A stretch of 63,950 nt of DNA, filler included, from Kipferlia bialata (taxonomy: Eukaryota): NCBI GenBank assembly GCA_003568945.1. It is 5 parts of 5 records of this genome, joined end to end, with 100 filler letters (N's around TTAATTAATTAA, not from the genome) between each part and the next. Parts side by side here need not be neighbours in the genome. Positions count along the whole stretch, not along the records: positions 16,068 to 32,033 come from BDIP01000646.1; 4 more parts are not named here. One strand, given 5' to 3'. The notes under the pieces are model-generated. The model worked only from the letters and a program-made list of their open reading frames with translations. It did no database searches and was not told where the DNA came from. Every line of letters begins with the position of its first letter. Within the stretch, counting starts at the first letter, position 1. Shown one piece after another: positions 15,968 to 28,338 of this stretch. Position numbers and translations under genes: made by a program.

Positions 15968-16067
15968 NNNNNNNNNNNNNNNNNNNNNNNNNNNNNNNNN
16001 NNNNNNNNNNNTTAATTAATTAANNNNNNNNNNNNNNNNNNNNNNNNNNNNNNNNNNNNNNNNNNNN
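15968..16067. other. Artificial contig spacer (N-TTAATTAATTAA-N)
   Basis: 100-nt N run with an all-frame stop linker; the same linker recurs three more times. Confidence 0.97.
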
Positions 16068-16181
16068 ATATATAACTACTTTATACACTGACAAAGAAGC
16101 TGGGTGTACCCCCCCCCCCCCCTCTTCTCTTCCGTTACGACAGAAAGCACGCGGGAAGACATAGGCCAAATCACTCCTACC

Positions 16182-16942
16182 TGTGGCTTGTGGCGCTTAA
16201 GAAGTGCAGGAGCAGGCTGGGGATCGATGGTCTGGGACACAGAGATCACCTGTGTGAGAACAGGACAAGAATAATCACAGTAATGACAGACGAAATGGAA
16301 GAGAGTGAGGTCAATACAAACAAAATCAGGTAGGGGTCGCTCCGAATGGCCATACCTGGGGGGAGAATGCCGCCGGGACATTCTTACTCATTGGCGGCAG
16401 CCTGGGGTAAGAGTCAGACCTGTAAAAACATAGCACAGTGGGAAGAAGAGCGATGGTAAAGAAATTAGATTGTCATACTTGCGTGAGGGAGCTCCCCTGG
16501 CTCCTGGGCCTTGGATACTGATAAGTCCTGACATTCAAGTCGGCAGGAAGTCAGTCTCCGTGGAAAGTAAAGGTCAAACGACCTTAGAAAGGAGGAAAAG
16601 ACCTCTCCTTGTCGAACAACACAAGCAAGCTTGTGCAGCCGACGGCTCGAAGTCGTTGAGCCGAAGGGAGCGGAAGAAGCGCTAAAAGCGCCGGTTCCAG
16701 ACTCTCTGCGGTGAACGACTGAGCGGTATGAACGAGATAGGTGCCTATTTTAGCATCACAAGCCTTCTGCTCTCGTCGCAAAAACACATAAGGGTTTGTA
16801 GTTCTCTTTCAGTTAGGCAAATCAATCGCAATATTTCGGTTCTATTTAACACAATCGCCCCCACTATATCATCGTGTTCACGGAAGCCATTACGTGCATC
16901 GCCCTTTGTTCGACAAAAGGGGTGGAAGAGGTGAAAAGGCAC
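16182..16942 (-). CDS. Hypothetical spliced gene, ends uncertain
   Basis: Exon-like segments with GT-AG borders: TYLVHTAQSF...LLVLFDKER|TYQYPRPRSQGSSLTQ and VISVSQTIDPQPAPALLKRHKPQ. No family recognised. Confidence 0.4.
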
Positions 16943-17097
16943 ACTTTCGGCTTTAGCCTAATAGAAAGTTAAACCCTTTCTCCTGATCGACAAAAAGGTC
17001 ACACATCAGTATCATCGGTCAGTCAGATCAATATTGGCCTCTACTGTGAACTGTAGTGTCAAGTATACAGTGAATGGTTGTCCTCAAAATTTTGGAG

Positions 17098-20000
17098 CTA
17101 CCCGGTTCCGTGGGCGGCAATGTATTCTGCAACTCTCTCCTTGATGTCTGGCCTCTCCGTGACATCCTTCATCCTGGGTGAGATACAACTCTGAATGTGC
17201 GCAGAATTATACTATTGTGCAGTTTTAATATAGGTTACCATATAGTTATGATAAGAATAACATAGCATATCACAAAGCACGCACTCAAAGGTACTCCTGG
17301 AAAAGGGGTCTGGCTGCCCCTTGGTGACAAGCCTCTGGGCAGTATCCCTAGGAAGTGAGTCGGGTATTGTCAAGTGACAGAGTACAGCATACGGAATACC
17401 TTGATACAACATGTCCCGAGGGCAGCTCAACTGGGTCCTCCATGAGTCCATAGGTGATGGGGTCAAAGAGCTCCTGGGGGTTATGGTTATAATGAGCACA
17501 TAGTGAACTGCATACAATTAATTGCATGAATGCGTACCTGAGTCCTCCATGTCATCTAGATACTAGATTATAGAAGGCCTCTATGCATGTCACTGACAAT
17601 GACTCATTGTATATACATATATACATATATATACCTCCACATATATATATACATATATACATATATATACCTCCACATCTGAGTCCTCCATGTCATCTAG
17701 GTCACTGGTGTACTGGGAGGGGCTACTCTGGCCTGGGGTGAGTATATTCATATATTCATATTGATCATAGATTCATACTTTGTATACATCTAACACAGAC
17801 ACAGACATATGTCTGACTTACTTATCAACCGCAGCAGCTCCCCAGCTGCCCTAGAGCCTATGGATGCCCTGTTGTCCTTGATGGCCTGGGGTGAGTACAT
17901 ATATAGTATATATAGGTATGTAGTATATACATATAGTATGACACGATACATATACTATATATATGTGTGTGTCTCTGATTGCCTGTATGCTACTGGCCCT
18001 GGGGTTAGTATATATACATAGTATACACAGATATGTAGTATACATATATATATATATACACACCTGGATGCTGTTGGTGCTGGACTGGATGTCAGCCAAT
18101 AGAGGCATCTCGTGTCTGGACCCCCCTGCCTGCATACCCCTCAGCACACACACCAGACTGCCACACACTATGCCCAGCATGGAGACAGCCAGCTGAATGT
18201 GGCGCTGGTTCTTACGATCTTGTAGCTATAGTCAGATAAATACACCTATGACCACCTAAGTATGTTGGATACTTGTATGAGAATAGCAATACACGCACCT
18301 GGGGTAGCTTGGCAAACAGATGATAATACAAAAGAATATGTATTGTATAAGTTGGACAGTAGGAATAATAGCAGACGCACTTGGGGTAGCTTGGCAAGTA
18401 GCACAACGAGGGCACCCCCTGCGTCTAGGGCTGCCTTGTCCCAGAGGTGGGTGGGGAGGGAGGGGAACACAGACAGGCAGCTGAAGAGTGAGGGAGGGCA
18501 CACTCGCAATAGGTGTGCTTGAAGTTAGATTGGACTCACATTGCTAGTGGGAGCGTGCGCTGCAGGGAACCGATAATGAACTCCCCCTCAATCTCCTCAA
18601 TGTCTCTCTCTATCCCCTTCACCTCTCCGTCTTCATCTGACTCGGTGTCACCGTATTGCTCCCTGGAGTAAGGCTTAGACGGGTTTGAGCATATATATTG
18701 GTTCATATATATACATAAATACATAGAGTCCCACCTGATACATATGAATTCATATATACATATATGTATAATACTCACTGTCTCACCTGAACGTGCCAGT
18801 GAGGAGGCTTACAACAGAGTCACAGTTCTGGGCCACCTAGGTTGTTAGAACAAACGAAATGTTGGTCATGGCAGGAAGATATCAGTTGGCATTTCTATAG
18901 GGCCACTCTCCGTATGAATTGCATTGGGTTCTAACCTGCCGAGACACAAGCTCAAAGAAGGACCGGAAGTTGGAAGACTTCTCTCCCCCTAGACGGCTGA
19001 GGTCGGCGAAGATACCCCTGCAGAGCTGGGTTAGAATCAAATATGACTCTATATAGAGAATAAACGGGGCATGTGGAGCAGGTGGCTGTGAGTGAGAATA
19101 CTATGAATGCTATCTTACCTCCTGGGAGAGTGCCTCACTTGTCTGTGCCACACACAATGCACACTGCACCACATTGGATATCAGGTCCATGGCCAGGGGG
19201 TGGTTGGCCGTGTCGGAGGGCTTGGTCCGACACACAAAGTCCATAGTGACCCTGGGTGAGTAAGCTTACTCCTTCCCTCACAGAGAAGACAACAGGAGAC
19301 GCTATATATATACCTTAGCACTAGCCCTGCCACTGACACAGGCAGTGGGTCCATGTCCAGGTCGATGTCCGTGTCTGTGTTGACCTCTCCACATGGCACC
19401 CAGGGCACCTCGTGCATGGCAAGCTGGGTCCATAGCAGCTGGGGTGAGTGTCTATAACACCCTAAATATAATTATAGTTACAAAAAATATATTCATTATA
19501 CTCCTCGCTATTAACCCTGTAGGTCTCATAGTAAGGCCAAGAGACTGTACTACTCTAACTATATGCTATATATGCACAAATGATATTCACCTGCTCTGTT
19601 AACAGTGAGTCCCTGCTGCGTCTGGGTTCTATAAATATCTACCAGCCTATATATACATATACACACCAACACGATATATATATATAGATATCAATACTGT
19701 ATCCAATCAGTACCTGCTGCGCCTGTCTAGGTATCATTGCACTCCCCCTGGCCAGTCTCTTGATGTCCCCATCTGCCACAGTCTCATAGTCCTCACACCG
19801 GAAGTAGGAGGATAGGACTCCAATGAGGGGGTAGACATCGCCACGCAGTGACTGGGAGTGAGGCTCTGATAGTGAATGGAATTGGGATATACAGGAGTAA
19901 ATCAACCTTGTGTGTCACTGTCTCATCGCTGTTCTCCACATCTCCTGACAGACAGAGAGTGCATAGGACTGCAAGTGCATGGCCAAGGGGTGAACCCCGG

Positions 20001-23000
20001 CTGTTTGTCGTAAACAGCTCGTCGTGAGAGGCAGTGCTACGGTGCAGACACAGCTAAGGTTAGAGAGAAAGGCGAAGCCCAATATCAATGGGGGGTGGGG
20101 GGCAAGCCAGTACTTGGGTAGATTAATATCTCCTACCTGCAGCAGTAGCAGCACCATGGAGTGTGGCAGCAGTCTGTGTGGGTAGTTGGCCACAAACACC
20201 TCGCCCTGTCTGCACGTGGTGAGGGCAGCTGAGTACAGGCGGAACAGGCTGAGCAGGAAGCGACGGATATCGCCAAACACTGAGGGTGAGACATAATCAA
20301 ACACTGCTATTTCATCACTCATCCCTATGAGAAAGTGTCACGAGCTATCTTCTCTTGCCTGGTAGTTTCATCATTGTGGCCGTATGCTTGATATATGCCA
20401 GCAGCAAATCGCGTCTCTTCGTAAGCTGTATCATCCGAGGGTCCTTCTTGGGGTCGGTGCCACCTTGCTTGCACATGTTGGCTACCTGAGGCTTAGAAAA
20501 CAATGTGTGCAAGAACAGAATAATGACGGGTTCCAGTAAATACTATAAGCCAACAGACTCACCATTTTCATCAGTCCCTCCTTGTCTCGTGCCTCTCTGG
20601 GGTCAGAGGGGTAAAATAGTGGATAATATACAATAGAATAATATATTGAAAGGTGTCAAGCAATGCGGTCAGAAGGGAAAGGAGGTGAGAACGAATGAAC
20701 ACATATATGTCTTATGAGGTATCAAGCAACATACCTCTCAGCAGCTGTAATCCTAGTGGCCGAGGGTCCGAGGGAGTGGTGAAGAGAGAGAACGATGCTC
20801 AGTACGAGACGTGTGGCCTAGGGTGTGAGGACAGAAAGAAAGACAATCAAGAATAGAATTGTGTAAAAGACTGGCTACCAAGTACAAGGTGATATATATA
20901 CATATAGCTATACTATACCTTTGACTCCGGGTCTGCCTTGGGCTGGAAGGGCGGGAATCTGGCGGCATTGTTAGAGGGGAGGTCCTCTGTTGTGTCACCT
21001 GGGATGAGAGTAGGCAACACTGATCCACAGGTGGTGAGTCTCTACTACTATATGACTGTATGAATAAGTATCCATTTACCTGTTGTGGTGACCATGTGGT
21101 TAAGCTTGGCCAGGTATGTTGGGTTGAGCATCTGTCTTAAGTCAACCTGCCGGGGGTCGCAGGACCTGTGGTAGGGGTGGTAAGAAAGGGGGGAGTGGAG
21201 TGCTATTATTATATATACCTCAGAGCCTGGCACAACCCGAGAGAGACGCATGCCTTAGAGACTGGGTCTATGTAGTCTCCATCGAAGGGGTCACTCTCCT
21301 GAGGATAAGAGGAAGGGGTAGAGAGAGAGGAAAGAAGTCCAAAGGAGGATAAGAATGAAAGTCTGCTGATTGGACTCATAGAGTATATACATCTGAATTC
21401 GACTCCGAGGAATACTGTGAACAGTCTACCTCTGTGACCCAGGATGTCTTGTCACGGCAGGTGTCAGAGAGCACCCTGTCCAGACACTGCAGCAGAGAGG
21501 CTTGGCAGGTGGGGGCAAGGGTGGCTGAAATGAGAGAGAGGGTGATACACATGTACTATTAGCATGCTTTGGTACCTATCAGTCTGGTGATTGGTCCATC
21601 CACCACTGTCTCCTTGTGTGACACCAGGTGGGGACTGGGGGGCTCATCGGATGCCATAGCCTCTGGAGGTTAGACAACAGCGCCAGCACACTTCGCTCAG
21701 TATACTCTATTTGATACACCCTCTACTATACACTATCTCATCACCTGAGTATGCCCTCCTGACCCTGTCTGTTGCACAGAGGGGGGCAGTGAAGCCTGGG
21801 GTCAGAAACAACACACACACTAATCACAGATACTAGTTATCCTGATATGCTACATACCTAGTGCAAACATGTTTGGCATCCCAGCTCCCTCACTCTCCCT
21901 CTCCCTGTCTTGCAGGTCCACCACAGGTGCACAGTGCTGGGTGAGTGCCCTCTCCACTAGAGTCTGTCCCTGTGCACCCATAGACAGTACGTGCTGGCAC
22001 AGGACAGCACAGAAGGAAACAACCCTGAGGATTAGAATACATACGTATTGTGGTCCAGTACTCACTAATGGAATAATAGTAGTATTATAGTAAGCACAGG
22101 ACAGCGGAAAAGGACACAACCCTGTTTATTAGGTGCCAAGTCACTCAAATATTGAGAAATATACCACATTTGTATACAGTAGTGATGTACTACCTGCCCA
22201 GCTTGTTGGACATCTTGATGGAGAGGGGGCCAGCACTGGAGGTCACCTATGGTTAGAGAGAAATGACTCTCTACCAATATGGAAGACAGATGTGTAGTAT
22301 GCACACAAAATTTCTTCTGGTACTTACCTTAGCAGACACTGTGACACAGAGGTTGAGCATGCTCATGATGCAGTACTGGATGTGACCCGCAGATACTGCG
22401 GCCATGTCTCTCTGCAAAGAGAGAGTGTGTGAGACGAATCTGCCAACAAATGCATCACCCTGGGGTCCCATGCTCAGACACACCTGGGTAAGAGAGAGAC
22501 TCTGACAGAGAGACAGACACTCAGGGAAGATATAGAGAGAGCACAAGAGAGAGAGGAGGGGGTCTGTTATACATACTGAGTTTCATACCCAAAGCAAGGA
22601 GAGAGAGAGAGGTATGACATATATATATATACTGATATGCATACCCCAAGCAAGGCATCGAGGCACTTGGCTGTGGTTGGACATGCATCCTCCCCCTTGA
22701 CAGACACTGTCAGCATGGCTGGGCAGTGCATGATGGAGGAGATGAAGGCAGTCACTGTGTCTGCGGCATCTGTGTACTCCCTCTCCCTGGCCCTCAGGTG
22801 GGTGCTGACAAGGCGGTGCATGACAGCACCTGGGGTGAGGGGGAGAAGGGTGTTGTAAGTGTTAAAGAGTGCGGGGGGAGGGGTGGAACTGGTAGGGGTG
22901 GTGCATGACGCCTGGGATGAGAAGAGGGTGACAAATGTGAGAGAAGAGTTACTGTATATAATACAATATAGTAAGCGTACTCTGAAGAGACTGGCTAACA

Positions 23001-23625
23001 CAGACGAAAGGAGAATGGGGGGTGGGGGGGGGGGCGGGGGGGATGACAGCCTCCAGTCATAGTCTAGGTGATACATGTGACAGACTATACTTCATGAGAC
23101 AATACACACTGGCACACACCTAGAGATGGGGCATCATGTCTGGCAGCTACTAACAGAGCCACATCGAGTGTGCACCCGTCAGGAACCTAGATGGATAAGT
23201 GGCGAGGAGAGTGTGGTAGACTGGTCACTGCAGGAGAGGTATACAGTGACACGGTTAGTTGGAGGGGGGGGGGAGGGGGATTCCCTGCTCAGTGAATGAC
23301 TTACTCATAGAGGTGTGTATCTGTAGATAGAACAAGGGAACTGACAAGTGACGTACTCACTTCAACTGAATATACCCAACCCTCCCTCTTGACACAACCA
23401 TACAACACAGCCACAATTAGTTATAGCTGAGTGACACGCGGGTATTAGACTACGAGGTCACTCATACACTAAAGATAGCTATTGATACTTCGGCACAGGA
23501 CACAGAAACAGCCTAGAGTATATACTATACAGTGTATATATATATATGCATCATACCGGAATGAGCCTGGCCTGTTTCTCATCATAGAGCAGAGTGGTGG
23601 ACAGGGCCTGGAGGGCCTTGTTCAT
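17098..23625 (-). CDS. UFD2: Ufd2/UBE4-like ubiquitin conjugation factor E4 with C-terminal U-box
   Basis: Spliced C-terminus ELFDPITYGLMEDPVELPSGHVVS|RDTAQRLVTKGQPDPFSRSTF|EMKDVTERPDIKERVAEYI is a U-box. It follows a long helical core. Proposed start MNKALQALS at 23625; stop TAG at 17098-17100. Confidence 0.8.
20280..20358 (-). other. GC-AG intron (79 nt) in the UFD2-like gene
   Basis: CCAG|gcaaga...ctcaccctcag|TGTTT gives in-frame MKLP-VFGDIRRF; read-through hits TAG after three codons. Confidence 0.65.
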
Positions 23626-24594
23626 CGACAGATGCCGAAATCACTGGCCTTGTACTTAGTGGCAACAATAGGTAAAGAGAGGCTCTTCCCAATCAAGTAG
23701 TGACTCAGCGGGACCCTTTCTCACAATTAACCGTGTGCTCAAATAGTATACTCAACTACTCAAATAATATACAGCACACTGCTCTGAGCACACTGTGTGC
23801 TTCTCCTGATCACACTAGTACATTCCCATATGAATGTAACGCTGAACATGCTGGGAGATCAAATGATCCACCTGACGAACTGCTGATCCAATAGTCAACA
23901 TCATCCATACATCTCTTGTCATGACCCCCTCGATGGCTGTTGGATGGTGTGAGACAGTACGCAACGGTGGTATTTGACTCTCATACAGTTGAGTGTGCAG
24001 CAGCAACAGCCGGTAGGCTGACAAGGGAGGAGAACTATACGACATCGTGCACAATCGAGTATATTTACTGTTACTATGACGGTGTCCAGGCTGAGTGAAT
24101 GCCATATAGAGATTGTGTCGGGTCATTCTGAGACAGTTTGGATGGATACAACCATTGGCTATGACAGTATAAGTTAACACATTCCCAGTGCCTGTGGAAC
24201 TTCAACAGTGTTGAAGCACTCTCAGAGTGGTTTTCTGAGAGTGCAAGTCAGTGCTCTCTCCTGTACCCCACCAATATTCATGAGACAAATTGGGTAGAGC
24301 ATGGTAATGGTATCGATTTCTATTGCCTAAGGCTCTTTCTGGCATACTATGACACTATACGCATTTCTTTAATGAAGCCTACTATATGGAGGGGTCTTCA
24401 AAAGTTGATATATATGTAAGCGTTCTCTTTCTCTGCAGTACTATATCAAGGGGACACGTGGTTAGAAGCAACTTGATACTACCCACAGCATCTGTATCAG
24501 AGGAGATCTGGATGAGTGAAATCTTAGGCTAACCCAATAGGTCCTGGGGCAATTCTGCTGATACATGACAGCACTCTCTCTCTCTCTCTCTCTC

Positions 24595-25558
24595 TTATTG
24601 TGCTACCTCTGTGATGACAGCACTAGGTGGGATGACAGCCCATCTCATGCTAGGGTGTGGGTACTCCAGCTCGGGGTCTATGTAGTGCAAACATGTGTCA
24701 TGCTGACCTGTACCAAGCACCAAGGCAGGATAGAACATAACACCACTATAGTAGTCGTTCTGTGTTACATCTGGGAACCTACCAACTTCACCTGATATGG
24801 TGTCATACACGTGCCACATGTATGTCTCACATCTCAAATCGTTAGATGACTCTTGACACACAAGCATCAGGCGCCCAATGCTTAGCAGAGTGTCTGCTAC
24901 ACCTGTGTCTGGGATCACTACTCCTGTCTCCACTGTCCATCCTGCACCTTGCTCCAGAGAGATCACTTGGCCACTGTTCATAATGGCATATACTCTGTCA
25001 TATATGGTGCAGGGTTGGCGCAGATACCGCTGAAGCTCTGGTGAAGAATTCCTCCCTCACCCAGCCTGCTTCCCCTCTCTCGGGGTCATACACCCAGAGG
25101 GGGACACTTTTACTGAGTATTTGCGTGCCCATATGAGTAGACTCTCCAATTATGTAGCAGCGTCCATTGTCAGAGAAACAACGTCCGAAATCTACGTCGT
25201 GCACACTTGGTCCTCTCTCTCCCTCTCTCTCTGGACAGTCAATCTCATTAAATGACGTGGGAGAGTCTAAATCCATGAAAGACATTCGCCCCTTCCCTGT
25301 GTCATCACACGTGTAGGCATATAGCCTTGGCCCGACACTGTAGAGTAATGGGGAGAACGTATAGTTCTCTGGATCGAACTCAAGCATATCAAGTGAATGG
25401 TTCTTTATGGCCCCGGTCTCTGTGAGGGTGTAGAAGTGGAAGAGGGGAGCATCATGATCCGTTGAGACAGCCATGTTGTGGAGTACAGAAAGGCTAAGGT
25501 CGGCATTGCCTGGTAGCTCATCCTTCACCCTCTCATGTGCTATGAAGAGAGGCTCCAT
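24595..25558 (-). CDS. Kelch-like beta-propeller protein split into two frames (frameshift or micro-intron near 25030-25060)
   Basis: 186-aa and 128-aa ORFs read as one protein: LYSVGPRLYAY, DNGRCYIIG, LWVYDPERGEAGW...IYDRVYAIM, WHVYDTISGE, C-terminal IDPELEYPHPSMRWA. Confidence 0.7.
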
Positions 25559-25995
25559 TATCTCTCAGAAGAAGAATAGCTTACGGGGGAGCTGCCAGCG
25601 GGTGGGGGTATAGAGTCTAGTGGCCAGACACAGTAGCACTAAGAGGGTTACACTTTGAGGGTCTCACTCAAGAGTATGGAGCCGTCGAATGAGAGGATCA
25701 TTGTGAGACCATTTCTTAAGAATTCCATATCACTGTATATGAACTTCTTTGGTACTGTTGATCAAGGTAATTTGCCCATACCCTATTATGATACCTCCAT
25801 AGCAGGTGTATCCTACACGGAAGCTGGTAAAAAACGCCAGTACACAGTCTGCCGATTGAGTAGGAGCTACTACCAGTCAAGACGCGTATGACTCCTTGAT
25901 CTCTCTAACTAAGAGATAGACTCATTGAGTTCAAAACCATAGCAGCATAATAGTCGTTGTTTACTTGAGATTACAATAATATGGCTGATATACAT

Positions 25996-26517
25996 CTATT
26001 TCCTAGCTATCTGAGACTCGAGCGCTGCTATAACCTGACCGTAGTGGTGTGTGTAGTGTGCCTTGCACTTGGCTATCTCCTGTGCCATGTGTGTCTCATA
26101 GGCACCCCTCAGAGCGGCATGTCTGTCTATCAGGCCCTGGTTCTCCTTGGTCCTCTCACGCAGCTCTGCCCTAAGAGCCTCAGCCTCAGCCTCTGCAGCT
26201 CTGGCCAGGTCTAGCTCGCGTTGTGTAGACACCAACTCCTCCTGTAGAGCGGATATGTACTGATGGAAGAAGACATCGTCCTGATGGGAGTCGTGTAGAC
26301 TATGCGTGTTGGAGACGGATGCCTGGGTATAGGTGCTGCTGGGGGGAGTGGTACCACTGGCACTACCCCACTGTGTGTAGACAGGCTCTGGTCTGTGGAG
26401 CCAAGTGACATTGGGTGCAACCCTAGAGGTGTCAGACACTAATCCGACACTGACATGGTGTGATGCTGGTACTTGGCGTGCAACAGAGTTGGAGTAGCGT
26501 GCAACACTAGTGCTCAT
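25996..26517 (-). CDS. Intronless hypothetical protein with C-terminal coiled coil (173 aa)
   Basis: ATG-to-TAG ORF with exon-like composition; heptad-like segment YISALQEELVSTQRELDLARAAEAEAEALRAELRERTKENQGL. Confidence 0.65.
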   Translation of the reverse strand: MSTSVARYSNSVARQVPASHHVSVGLVSDTSRVAPNVTWLHRPEPVYTQWGSASGTTPPSSTYTQASVSNTHSLHDSHQDDVFFHQYISALQEELVSTQRELDLARAAEAEAEALRAELRERTKENQGLIDRHAALRGAYETHMAQEIAKCKAHYTHHYGQVIAALESQIARK

Positions 26518-27027
26518 GTCTGGACCTATACTGATATGCTAAATTGAACTCAGTGGAAGAGAGGATCGTGTCAGCAATCTACCAACTACCCTCTACACGA
26601 CCATGCCGCGTAGAGCTAAAACTAATGACAAGTGTCAAAAATGTCTGAACCCTTATTTCAATACTTTTACCCGATGATTGCAAACAGTACTATACATACT
26701 GCGCGGACTGCGCAGCGCAGCCGTAAGACCCTCGAGTACGTATGACGTACTGCGGCACATGCGTGAAGTGGTATAACAAGGCTGGGATCAAGGGCTTCCG
26801 GTAATGTATAGTGTATGCAGTTTCAGAGTCTGAACTTCAGACTACAGACTCTAGTCTACAGTACCGTGAGCAACCCTCTCACTGAAAAGATGCTATTCTC
26901 CCCTAATACACGATCATTGAACACGATCTTTTAGGAAAAGCTATTGACAATACTACTCTTCCAGTCAATCATCCAGCAACTCTGGATTCTATTGTGATTA
27001 TTGCTCAGATTAGAGAGACACTTCCAT

Positions 27028-28083
27028 ATGGAGTGTGGGTGTGCCGTCTGCGCAGAGCCAGACAATGGACCTTGGGTAGTCACCCGCTGTGGACATGCAT
27101 TCCACAGAGCTTGTCTGGAAGCTTCTCTGAGGTATGTGACACGGTATATTTAGGGCCATTCCACGGAGTGTTTCGGGCGTTCTTTAGAATGTGTTATGAG
27201 GAATTGTTGGATGCATGGTATTGTAGAGATACTCCTGTATTATCGTCATATACCACAATAGAATACCATCCGTGAGTGTCTCTATTGTCTCTCTCTAAGG
27301 GAGACTCTCTAAGCATAGGCACAACAACCTCTGTCCCATGTGTCGTGGCCATGTAGCTATGGATACCTGCTACCCACTATTCCCGGTACGTACTACATAG
27401 CCTATACTATCTGCTATGTACACAGGTACAATAGAGACCCATGCCTTGTGTACACTATCTGTTAGTCAGCCTCGGGGCTCTCAACAGCCTATAACATACA
27501 TATCTAGCACAGTGTGGTTATTCTTTATGGCGTGTGTATCTAACAGCAGACCGTAATCGAAGGCAGAGAGGGTACGAGTACTAATGTGGAGGCAGAGGAG
27601 ACGATACGTGTTCTCCTCAACAGCATCCAGGACGGCACTGCGGGAAGAGTGGCTGAGCAGGAAAGGGCAGCCCGGGAGATTGAGCAGCTAACAGAGGCCT
27701 TGCGGCTTGAGGAGTTCAGAAAAAGGGAGGCATTGACCCAGTTAGCCAGAGAGCGAGAGAGAGCAAGAGAGAGGGAGAGGCAGCAGCACACAAGAAGACC
27801 AGGTGCAAAGGGGTTTAGAGAGGTGATCTCAATACTAGGCCTTGTCATTGGGTGCATCAGCGCTCTGTTTGGCCTTGGTCTCTGTGCAAGGTACACCCCA
27901 CTACTGCAGGGATTTGCGGTGTTGGCACGTGGTCTCTGGTGCTCCGTTAGATTCACTCGAGACTGTGCAACAATGGTACTCTGGTGGTGCTTTAGAGGTG
28001 TAGCTTGGCTGTTGAATACTGCAGCTACAGCACTCAAACTATACGTCTATACCTTCCCGGCAAACCCAGTTGTGGGTGACTGA
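27028..28083 (+). CDS. RING-H2 E3 ligase with coiled coil and C-terminal hydrophobic (probable membrane) region
   Basis: Exons 27028-27131, 27319-27385 and 27550-28083 give CAVC..CGHAFHRAC..CPMCR (C3H2C3), then a coiled coil, then VISILGLVIGCISALFGLGLC. Confidence 0.9.
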
Positions 28084-28338
28084 TGTTAAGAAGGCAAACT
28101 AGCATTGTCCATTTATAGATAACAAACTTGGTTATGGTTATGCCATCTTGTCGGAGAGCGTTTTCAGAAGTTCTAACACCTGTGTTCGTTTCATTGTCTA
28201 GTAAAACCTTTCTCTGGGTAACGTATTCATTTACACTTCATTTGGCTATGTGACAGAGAGAGAACTCTGCTGAAACCGTCGTGCGTCTATTACCCAGTTG
28301 TGGCTTGCATTGTGAAACCACTACTGTGTTATACAGAG

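Noticed and set aside
16012..16023. TTAATTAATTAA as a piggyBac target site or biological repeat
   Set aside because: It is always centred in 100-nt N runs, so it is an assembly linker.
16068..16990. Possible transposon or foreign insert (CpG-richer, no TA tracts)
   Set aside because: No terminal repeats or transposase/RT motifs; host-type introns are present.
23300..23475. Micro-exons (ag|TTGAA|gtgagt and ag|ATACACACCTCTATGA|gtaagt) in the first UFD2 intron
   Set aside because: The combinations I tried introduce stops, while direct splicing of the flanking exons is in frame; unsupported without RNA data.
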